Assembly (NCBI GenBank): GCA_051747785.1
Contig: JBNJGN010000001.1
Coordinates: forward strand, 1 to 36,760
Origin: Patescibacteria group bacterium
Lineage (GTDB): Bacteria; Patescibacteriota; Minisyncoccia; Phycocordibacterales; CSBR16-193
Length of the DNA stretch: 36,760 nucleotides
Direction of reading: 5' to 3'
Position numbers and translations under genes: made by a program. Within the stretch, counting starts at the first letter, position 1; each line of letters opens with the position of its first letter. Below the pieces are notes generated by a model. The model was not told the origin of the DNA. It worked only from the letters and a program-made list of their open reading frames with translations, and made no database searches. Below, one piece after another: positions 19,028 through 25,610 of this stretch.

Positions 19028-19600
19028 CTAGAAACTTACCTCCACAGGTTCACGGGCCTCCTCCTCTTCCAGTTCAAAGTACTCTCTGTCCTCAAACTTG
19101 AAAATACTGGCAATTATGTTGTAGGGGAAAGATTCTATTCTGATATTAAGATCCCGTACATTACCATTATAGAATCTTCTAGCTGCTTGGATTTTGTTTT
19201 CAGTGTCGGAAAGCTCTCTTTGAAGTTCTAAAAAATTCTCATTGGCCTTTAGATCTGGATAGTTCTCCGCAACGGCAAAAAGAGACTTTAGAGCATCAGA
19301 GAGCATATTCTCTGACTGTTCCATGCTCTTTACATCTCCCGACTTTTCAGAGTTCATCGCCTCGGTACGCTTCTTTGTAACCTCTTCAAAAACACCCCTT
19401 TCATGTTCTGCGTAACCCTGAACGGTATTAACCAACTGAGGAATAAGGTCATACCGTCTCTTTAGCTGAACGTCTATGTCAGCCCAAGCTTCTTTAGTTC
19501 GGTTAACAAGTTTTACAAAGCCGTTATAGGCGATAATAACCCATACCACCAAAACAAGTATTAATCCTAAAAGAATATATATCAAAATATTCAAATCCAT
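19028..19600 (-). CDS. lemA: LemA family protein
   Basis: N-terminal TM then YNGFVKLVNRTKEAWADIDVQLKRRYDLIPQLVNTVQGYAEHERGVFEEVTKKR, the LemA signature region. Sits directly upstream of htpX. Confidence 0.85.
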   Translation of the reverse strand: MDLNILIYILLGLILVLVVWVIIAYNGFVKLVNRTKEAWADIDVQLKRRYDLIPQLVNTVQGYAEHERGVFEEVTKKRTEAMNSEKSGDVKSMEQSENMLSDALKSLFAVAENYPDLKANENFLELQRELSDTENKIQAARRFYNGNVRDLNIRIESFPYNIIASIFKFEDREYFELEEEEAREPVEVSF

Positions 19601-19673
19601 GTTTATATTTAATTATTATAAGTAAGTAAACTTATTTTACCACAACAGACATCACTAATAAAGACAGCGCACT

Positions 19674-20618
19674 CTATATCTCATCAATCACTCTTCTAGC
19701 TGCTCGCTCCACCTCTTTTTCAGAAACCCTCTTCGGAAGATCGTCAGAACTGTGATAAACAGACATAAGATCGTCTAAATCCCCTGCCACTACTTTTGTT
19801 TTTTTAGCAACCTTCTCCAATGACTTTATACCAAAACCAAGTTTTAAAAGTTCAAGATCGTCAATAAATTCGGTATTTGAATGACCCAAAGAATCTAGAA
19901 CAAATATCTTTTTTGAACCAAGCAAAATATCGGAGTGCTTATCTTCAAAACGCCTATATCCATAACACCAGTAAACAGGCTCGTCATAGGAAATCTCTTC
20001 ATTTCCCGAAAAAACAAAAAGTGCTCTTTCTAAGATATCGGGGCAACTCAATATCATGTATAGCGCCATCGCGGTACCACTCGCATTATCAATAGATCCA
20101 TTCTCAATAGAATCATAATGAGAAAAAATTATCACTTCTGGATTTTTTGTATTACCTACAAGAATATTCCGACATTCATGAGCCTCTCTTTTAACTTCCA
20201 CCCTTCCAGAAACCTTTTTAGCCTTGGCTATCTTTAAAATATCACCCCTCCTTACAGCCACAGATGGTGCAAAATAAAAATTACACTTAGAAATTACTCT
20301 ACAAGCAGGATTGAAATTGATATTCGGCTTATACAGAAAATCACACGAATCAGCAAGAGAACTTACAAGATGGTGGTTATCTTTTATCTCCCCACTAATA
20401 AAAGATGTGGATTTACAAGGTATTTCTTTTTCATCAACCCGAAGTTCACACTTCTTAACCCTTGGAAGATCCACCTTGAAGCCCTCTTTTTTGTAAGAAG
20501 TAGCACTCTTTTTCAAAATGTCTTCTATATATAAAGCGGTTCTTGTCTCAACCTCAAACTGACGTTCCCCCATTGCGCTCAGGTCTCTAATGACTTTTTT
20601 TACAAAACCTTTTTTCAT
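19674..20618 (-). CDS. M28-family metallopeptidase-like protein (cytoplasmic; no signal peptide seen)
   Basis: Co-catalytic zinc ligand pattern in order: IIFSHYDS (His/Asp), IDNASGTA (Asp), FSGNEE (Glu-Glu), VLDSLG (Asp), YHSSDD (His). Confidence 0.6.
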   Translation of the reverse strand: MKKGFVKKVIRDLSAMGERQFEVETRTALYIEDILKKSATSYKKEGFKVDLPRVKKCELRVDEKEIPCKSTSFISGEIKDNHHLVSSLADSCDFLYKPNINFNPACRVISKCNFYFAPSVAVRRGDILKIAKAKKVSGRVEVKREAHECRNILVGNTKNPEVIIFSHYDSIENGSIDNASGTAMALYMILSCPDILERALFVFSGNEEISYDEPVYWCYGYRRFEDKHSDILLGSKKIFVLDSLGHSNTEFIDDLELLKLGFGIKSLEKVAKKTKVVAGDLDDLMSVYHSSDDLPKRVSEKEVERAARRVIDEI

Positions 20619-20671
20619 TTAAATCTATCTTATATTATATACTAACTCTATCAAATATAAATTTAAAGAAA

Positions 20672-20700
20672 AGCCGTCCATCTCAAACGAATGAACGGCT
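20672..20700 (-). terminator. Rho-independent terminator after the 265-aa orphan gene
   Basis: Minus strand AGCCGTTCAT-TCGTTTGAG-ATGGACGGCT (10 bp including one G-U), followed by TTTTCTTTAAATTT. Confidence 0.6.
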
Positions 20701-20729
20701 CTGTTAGGAGGTTTCTGTTTAGAGATTTG

Positions 20730-20753
20730 GATGTTTATCTTTTGATAAACATC
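20730..20753. repeat. Perfect 10-bp inverted repeat GATGTTTATC-TTTT-GATAAACATC just after the orphan gene stop
   Basis: Read directly, 16 nt downstream of the stop at 20769. It could be a second terminator stem or a protein binding site. Confidence 0.6.
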
Positions 20754-20768
20754 TATCAATAAAATTCA

Positions 20769-21566
20769 TTACAAGTCTTCCTCAAGTCTGGCAAAAGGCT
20801 GCTCCTTCCAAGGAACTTCTTTTTTGTTATAGTTTACAAAATTAACACTTGGGTAATAGTCAAGTTCTTTTCGCCAGGACATCTTAACAATAACCGGGGC
20901 ACACCCGAACAGTTCTTTAACCTCTTTGAAAGCAGGTTCAAAAACATTATTCGTAAAGCGATTGAGTTGCCAGTCAGATCCATCACCATGGTAGTCCTCA
21001 AAAAGAACACCATGAGAAATTGCCAACGACAGAAAATGAGTATAGTAAAACACGGCCCTACCTCCCAGTTCCTTGGCTTTTCCGGAAAAATCCCAGGTAA
21101 GAGCTTCAGGGTAAAAAGACAGAAGTTGCTTTCGGTGAAATTCTTTGAGACTACCTCCGCCGTTATTACAAACAATCTCGGAAAGCTTCTTCCCTTCGTT
21201 CTTTTCACAACAAGCTATTCTCTTTTTTTCAAGAACAACTCCACCATTCTTGCCCATACGCATAGCAAATACGGGGTTAATAAGTGAAATTTTATCTGAA
21301 GAAGCAGATACCATGAAATCTTCGCTATACCCCATCCAAAGAGGAGTAAGACCAACTCTTTCTGCCATCTTAACAAAAACAGCATCTTCGTACCTGAAGG
21401 TTGGAATGTTGCGTGCCAAAATGGCATAAGGGACTCCATTAAAAATAGACGGGAAGCTAACTCCTGAATCGATCCACCAATCTTCTACAGATTTTTTTAC
21501 ACCCTTTCCCCGAGAATCAATAACATCCTTAGCCTCATCAATCTCAGTATAAAAGCCATCAGACAT
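20769..21566 (-). CDS. Hypothetical protein, 265 aa, no recognised family
   Basis: Longest ORF in the region. It has a perfect SD (AAGGAGGT, 5 nt before the ATG) and its own terminators downstream. No TM or signal peptide. No motif I can assign (WWIDSGVSFPSIF, GGRAVFYYTHFLSLAISHGVLFEDYHGDGSDW). Confidence 0.7.
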   Translation of the reverse strand: MSDGFYTEIDEAKDVIDSRGKGVKKSVEDWWIDSGVSFPSIFNGVPYAILARNIPTFRYEDAVFVKMAERVGLTPLWMGYSEDFMVSASSDKISLINPVFAMRMGKNGGVVLEKKRIACCEKNEGKKLSEIVCNNGGGSLKEFHRKQLLSFYPEALTWDFSGKAKELGGRAVFYYTHFLSLAISHGVLFEDYHGDGSDWQLNRFTNNVFEPAFKEVKELFGCAPVIVKMSWRKELDYYPSVNFVNYNKKEVPWKEQPFARLEEDL

Positions 21567-21720
21567 GGAAACCTCCTTTTTCGAAAATCAAAGAACAAAA
21601 TATGTTCAGCCCACTTGGACGAACAGTACAGCTCCATAGGTTAAACCGTAACCTAAGGTGTGACCACCATACTAATGGACACACCCAGAGTCACGATGAG
21701 TAACCCGAGCACTTAAATTA
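21567..21720 (-). promoter_or_regulatory. GC-enriched, hairpin-rich 5' leader / candidate cis-regulatory RNA upstream of the 265-aa gene
   Basis: Minus-strand RNA contains GGGTGTG-[TCCAT-TAGT-ATGG-TGGT]-CACACCT and TAGGTTA-CGGTT-TAACCTA (7 bp). It also contains TGTTC-GTCCAAGTGGGCT-GAACA, then the AAGGAGG SD. It is visibly more G+C-rich than the flanking intergenic DNA. No Rfam family recognised by eye. Confidence 0.35.
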
Positions 21721-21748
21721 AAAGACCTCCCTTGGGAGGGAGGTCTTT
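21721..21748. terminator. Strong 12-bp hairpin AAAGACCTCCCT-TGGG-AGGGAGGTCTTT (bidirectional terminator-like)
   Basis: Perfect inverted repeat read directly. T-runs follow on both strands (plus TTGCGTTTTATTTTTT; minus TTTTAATTT). Located 197 nt downstream of the kinase stop and 154 nt upstream of the orphan gene start. Confidence 0.7.
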
Positions 21749-21776
21749 TTGCGTTTTATTTTTTAAAGTTCTTATT

Positions 21777-21866
21777 TCATCTTATAGCAAAACCCCCCCC
21801 CCTTCTCTGAAGGATAAATAGCATGTAGACAATAAACCATGCCTGGGTTTTCGCTTTGTTCTCCAT
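21777..21866 (-). CDS. Candidate leaderless 29-codon ORF MENKAKTQAWFIVYMLFILQRRGGGFAIR (leader peptide or small membrane peptide)
   Basis: The A of the ATG is the 7th nt after the TATAAT hexamer (21878-21873), i.e. at the expected transcription start. It has a hydrophobic core, and the G10 tract encodes RGGG. The stop TGA at 21779-21777 lies 28 nt before the hairpin. The ORF is short, so coding status is unproven. Confidence 0.3.
   Translation of the reverse strand: MENKAKTQAWFIVYMLFILQRRGGGFAIR
21793..21802. repeat. Homopolymeric C10 (G10 on the minus strand)
   Basis: Counted directly: aacccccccccctt. It is the only long G/C homopolymer I saw in this AT-rich window. Confidence 0.95.
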
Positions 21867-21872
21867 ATTCGG

Positions 21873-21900
21873 ATTATAACCACCATTTCGAAACTGTCAA
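21873..21900 (-). promoter_or_regulatory. Near-consensus sigma70-type promoter TTGACA-16nt-TATAAT
   Basis: Minus strand TTGACA (21900-21895), spacer GTTTCGAAATGGTGGT, TATAAT (21878-21873). It lies 45 nt downstream of the kinase stop and points toward the small ORF, hairpin and orphan gene. Confidence 0.6.
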
Positions 21901-21945
21901 TAGGTTATACACACTTTTTTAAGAGAGTCTCAAATCTTCATGAAC

Positions 21946-23571
21946 CTATGAAGTCATCGGAAGTTCAATAGTAAATACACTCCCCTTACCTTCGCCCTCT
22001 GATTCCACTTTAACAGTACCACCGTGGTCCTCAGCTATCTTTTTTGCCAGATAGATCCCTAACCCACTACCGTTGGTATTCACCTTATCAGCCCCTTTGG
22101 CTCTTTTGAACTTGGCAAACAAAGAAGATATCTCTTTAGGATCTATACCTACGCCGGTATCGGAGATCTTTATATGCATCCTTCCTTTATTCGGTTTTGA
22201 AAAACGAACGCCTATCTTTCCTTCAGGGGTGTACTTAATGGCGTTATCAATAAGGTTACCGATGACTTGCTCAATTTTGTTCTCATCAACCTTGGCATTA
22301 CACTCTTCATCTATACTCTCAAAGTTCATTTCCAGTCCTTTCTCCTCCGCCGAAGGCCTGTATTCCTCCACTATATTCTTCACTATATGGCGCATATCTT
22401 TCTTTTGAAATTCGTAGCTCATTCTTCCTTGCTCTATTCTTGAAACATTAAGAAAGTCATTAACGATCTTTATTAAGCTCTTAGTAGAATGATCCACAAC
22501 ATTCAACGGCTCCTTTAATCCTTCGTTAACCTCTCCATAATCACCTTCAAGCATCATTGAAACGTACCCCCTGATAGAAGTTAAAGGAGAACGGATCTGA
22601 TGAGTCGCCAAAGAAAGAAATTCCGTTTTAGCCTTATCAAATTCTCTTAGACGCCTGTTAGCCTTTTTTATTTTTTTCGCCAACTCTTCAATCTTTTCTC
22701 TTTGCTTAACTTCTTTCGTTACACTGCGAATAATAAAAATTCCAAAAATGATAGTTAAAATAAGTAATAAAGAACTTGCAACTTGTTCTTGAAAACTATC
22801 AGAAACTAATACTCGTATAACCAAAAAAACCCATAATACTAGGATGAATATCTCTGTAGTTATAATTTTAATGTTAAATAATTCATATCTAAAAATTGCA
22901 ACAGAAAAATAGAATACCATTACTAAAGTAAAAACAGGCCCTAGCCAGTAATAAGTAAATATTCCTAGGGTAGGTAAAAGTAAATTGGTAATTAAACCAC
23001 CAATTACAGTAATAAAAATTCCAATTAATATATTTTTACCTTGTTGTTTTCTAATTTTAGATATCGACTTTTTCAAAAAAAATAAAAGAATAACACAAGA
23101 GATTGTAAAACAAGCCACCATAAAAAAACTATAAAAAAAATAAAGGGGGCCGAATTCTAAAATTCTTGCAACAAGAACTCCGTCTACAAATTTAAAAATC
23201 TTAAAACCAGAAACGACGAAATTAGTAAGAAAAATTATAAAACCCCAAAATAAAATAAAAACAATGTAAATAATATTTAGTATTTTCTTTGTTTTTTTTG
23301 TTACTTCATAACTAAAAAATAAATTATAAAATAGAGCTGAAACAGGTAATGTAAAAGCTGCAAAATAAGAGATCTTAGAAAACAAATAAATCATTTCTTT
23401 GCTTGGAAGTAAAGAATATGAAGCCAGAGAAGTAGACCATACAAAAACACCAAAAGTTATTAAGATAAAATAAAACATTTTTATATCTCTTTCTCCGTGC
23501 ACAAGCGTAATTGCCCCAATAAAAAAATTCACTAACGCAACACCTAGCAAAATAACTGAGAACAAAGGCAT
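21946..23571 (-). CDS. Sensor histidine kinase with a ~9-10-TM membrane sensor domain; no cognate response regulator in the window
   Basis: The first ~290 aa are almost entirely hydrophobic helices. Then come a coiled coil, H-box FLSLATHQIRSPLTSIRGY, N-box IGNLIDNAIKYT, G1 ISDTGVGI and G2 GSGLGIYLAKKIAEDHGG. No PAS, HAMP or receiver domain seen. Confidence 0.88.
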   Translation of the reverse strand: MPLFSVILLGVALVNFFIGAITLVHGERDIKMFYFILITFGVFVWSTSLASYSLLPSKEMIYLFSKISYFAAFTLPVSALFYNLFFSYEVTKKTKKILNIIYIVFILFWGFIIFLTNFVVSGFKIFKFVDGVLVARILEFGPLYFFYSFFMVACFTISCVILLFFLKKSISKIRKQQGKNILIGIFITVIGGLITNLLLPTLGIFTYYWLGPVFTLVMVFYFSVAIFRYELFNIKIITTEIFILVLWVFLVIRVLVSDSFQEQVASSLLLILTIIFGIFIIRSVTKEVKQREKIEELAKKIKKANRRLREFDKAKTEFLSLATHQIRSPLTSIRGYVSMMLEGDYGEVNEGLKEPLNVVDHSTKSLIKIVNDFLNVSRIEQGRMSYEFQKKDMRHIVKNIVEEYRPSAEEKGLEMNFESIDEECNAKVDENKIEQVIGNLIDNAIKYTPEGKIGVRFSKPNKGRMHIKISDTGVGIDPKEISSLFAKFKRAKGADKVNTNGSGLGIYLAKKIAEDHGGTVKVESEGEGKGSVFTIELPMTS

Positions 23572-23582
23572 AATTCTTTATG

Positions 23583-24341
23583 TTATAAAAAAAATCTTAT
23601 ACGAATTAAATCCAATAAATTTAAATTTTTTTTAACAAAGTAAATATCTTTCTCTTTTTTACTAAAAATTAGAGAACTATTAAATAAACGAGAATAAAAA
23701 TTGACTATTTCTTCGTTTAAGAAATACAAAGGTATAACTGGATCATTTGGATTAAAGAAATTTCTTAAAGGATCATTAGATTTCTGAGGAGAATACTTTA
23801 GTTTATATTTTTTTATTAATTTTAAAGGAAACCCTAGCTTATTAAATTTTTTAAAAGCATATAATTTTAATGCTCCATAACCACCATAATAACCGTTATC
23901 CTTACCATATTCACTTATAACCAAAAACATACCTAGAGGGATTAAATGTCTAGGAAACTTGTCTATACCTAAAACATTAGGACGAGATATTAGACGCCCT
24001 ATTTCAACAATTTTTTCTCTTGAAATTTTTTTAAATTCTTCTGGCTCTTCAAAATCAAAATAGTCTTTTTCTATAGGAAGATGATTACTATCAATCATTC
24101 TGGCTGTACCTATAATTTTATTATTACATTTTACTATAAAATAGTGGCATTCATTATTTTCATCATGTTGATCTCTATCTTCTGCTAGTTCTTTCATTTC
24201 AAGGCTATTGGGAATGTAGCCTTTTTCTTTTACATATACATCATACCTTAATCTAAACATCTCCGAAAATTCTTTTTTAGATGAAGGCATGCCAAAATCT
24301 ATTTTTTTATTTTTCCACACAAAACTTTTTTTAACATCCAT
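23583..24341 (-). CDS. GNAT-superfamily N-acyltransferase of the autoinducer-synthase-like branch (FeeM N-acyl amino acid synthase / OlsB / LuxI-like)
   Basis: Pattern FRLRYDVYVKEKGYI ... AEDRDQHDE ... HYFIVKCNNKIIGTARMI ... KIVEIGRLISRP parallels the LuxI/FeeM/OlsB core (R-x-x-V-F/Y, acidic E-x-D-x-x-D, G-x-x-R-L/M, E-x-S/G-R-L/F). 252 aa. Assigned by motif recognition only. Confidence 0.55.
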   Translation of the reverse strand: MDVKKSFVWKNKKIDFGMPSSKKEFSEMFRLRYDVYVKEKGYIPNSLEMKELAEDRDQHDENNECHYFIVKCNNKIIGTARMIDSNHLPIEKDYFDFEEPEEFKKISREKIVEIGRLISRPNVLGIDKFPRHLIPLGMFLVISEYGKDNGYYGGYGALKLYAFKKFNKLGFPLKLIKKYKLKYSPQKSNDPLRNFFNPNDPVIPLYFLNEEIVNFYSRLFNSSLIFSKKEKDIYFVKKNLNLLDLIRIRFFL

Positions 24342-24352
24342 ATTAAAAAGAT

Positions 24353-25039
24353 TTACTTAAAAAGTATTTTAACTCCTTCATAAAGACCCGACACCTTTTC
24401 TCTTAAATACTCCCTGGCTTCCGTATAACTTTCATCTTCATTAAAAAGATCTTTGGGTATATAAAGAACCTCTCCGAAAGAAACAAAAACCTTTCTTCTG
24501 AATAATCTTTTTGAACCTAGACGAACTGAGCACGGCAGTATGGGAGCACCTGATCTTTCTTGAATAGCTACAGCTCCTTTTTTAAATTCACTTACCCCTT
24601 CTTTAAAAAAAATTCCCCCTTCGGGGAACATCAATATAGTATTTTTATTTTTGAGAGCTTCTACAAGAGGGTCTATTTTTCCATCAAAAGAATCTGTGTC
24701 GGGAATGGTTATAACATCGTAGATATAATAAATAAACTTGGTTATCTTAAGCTTTGACAGAACCGCCAAGAAAGAGTTGCCCTTAAACTCTTTCTTGGCA
24801 AAGGGTCTTATAGGAAAAAGACGGAGCAAAACAGTGAAAGGAAGTGATACAAAAATTATCCAGGGATCAAAAGGAGTTTTGTGATTGGAAACTACTACCA
24901 TTGGTTTTTTTACATCCTTAAAATTTTCATCTTCATAATAAGTTTGTATAGAAAGAAAAATTTTTGAAACAATAAAAACTACGAAATAACTAAAAAACCA
25001 AACAGATAAAGCAACACTCTTCTTTATCTTCCTTCGCAT
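24353..25039 (-). CDS. PlsC/LPLAT-family acyltransferase (1-acyl-sn-glycerol-3-phosphate acyltransferase-like; OlsA/HdtS-like)
   Basis: N-terminal TM, motif I VVSNHKTPFDP (NHxxxxD), motif III LMFPEGG and motif IV GAPILPCSV. Confidence 0.8.
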   Translation of the reverse strand: MRRKIKKSVALSVWFFSYFVVFIVSKIFLSIQTYYEDENFKDVKKPMVVVSNHKTPFDPWIIFVSLPFTVLLRLFPIRPFAKKEFKGNSFLAVLSKLKITKFIYYIYDVITIPDTDSFDGKIDPLVEALKNKNTILMFPEGGIFFKEGVSEFKKGAVAIQERSGAPILPCSVRLGSKRLFRRKVFVSFGEVLYIPKDLFNEDESYTEAREYLREKVSGLYEGVKILFK

Positions 25040-25138
25040 AAGATCATATTAAAAATGAATAATTCTTTCATATGCATAAATACTGGTTTCTTTTTTGGAT
25101 ATTTTATAAATTATATACCCTCTTTTTTCAAGGGCAGT

Positions 25139-25154
25139 AGACAGTTACCTGTCT
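25139..25154. promoter_or_regulatory. Palindrome AGACA-GTTACC-TGTCT upstream of the acyltransferase-kinase operon
   Basis: Read directly. It has the same half-sites and the same 6-nt spacing as AGACA-TTTCTA-TGTCT inside the 1214-1241 palindrome. It lies about 100 nt upstream of the 25039 start and about 23 nt upstream of a TATATAAT box (25110-25117, minus). Confidence 0.35.
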
Positions 25155-25238
25155 TGATCCATATCAAAAAGGTAAATGTACCAAATCAAAGCCCCGCTCT
25201 TTTCAATAAAAACGAGGCTTAACCAAAGGAGACCATCC

Positions 25239-25610
25239 TCATAAACTACCCCCGTTCTTATTATCTTCTTCTAGAAATTCTCTGCCTTTTTCAATAAGCT
25301 GTAAAGCAAAGTTCCTCTCTCCTCTGAACCTATACCTAAGTTCAGGATAATGTTGAAGTTGACTTGAATCGGCTATTGCCTTGAGCTGTCTAAGACATTC
25401 TTCCAGGGCATCTATTCTCTCGATAACCTTTTCTCTATTTATCGCCCCCTTTTCTTCAAGGTAAAGATTTTCTTCTTCTTCTGATAAAACCCTTCCCCTG
25501 AAAGCCGACGGATTAAGCCCTTGCCAAACTGAATGCCGATTTTCCTTTTCAAATTTATCTAACAACTCCGCAACACCTCTTTCAGTAAAGTCTTTTTTCT
25601 CAAGCAACAT
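25239..25610 (-). CDS. Hypothetical helical protein, 123 aa
   Basis: ORF with a strong SD (AAGGAGGT, 8 nt before the ATG). Charged and helical, with no recognised family. Confidence 0.6.
   Translation of the reverse strand: MLLEKKDFTERGVAELLDKFEKENRHSVWQGLNPSAFRGRVLSEEEENLYLEEKGAINREKVIERIDALEECLRQLKAIADSSQLQHYPELRYRFRGERNFALQLIEKGREFLEEDNKNGGSL

Noticed and set aside
20834-21439. Four alternative-frame ORFs (74-124 aa) inside the 265-aa gene
   Set aside because: All are shorter than the 265-aa frame and nested within it. Only that frame has an SD and terminators. They are treated as shadows, though the number of open alternative frames is noted.
21640-21715. Partial resemblance of the leader to a T-box (UAGUAUGGUGGUCAC versus the GGGUGGUACC core) and to the ZTP/pfl riboswitch 5' core (UCGUGACU)
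   Set aside because: From memory of the consensus sequences, neither fits. The T-box-like string lies downstream of the terminator hairpin rather than upstream, and no specifier or stem I architecture is present. The ZTP 3' subdomain CCGCCUGGGC is absent. Both are probably chance similarity.
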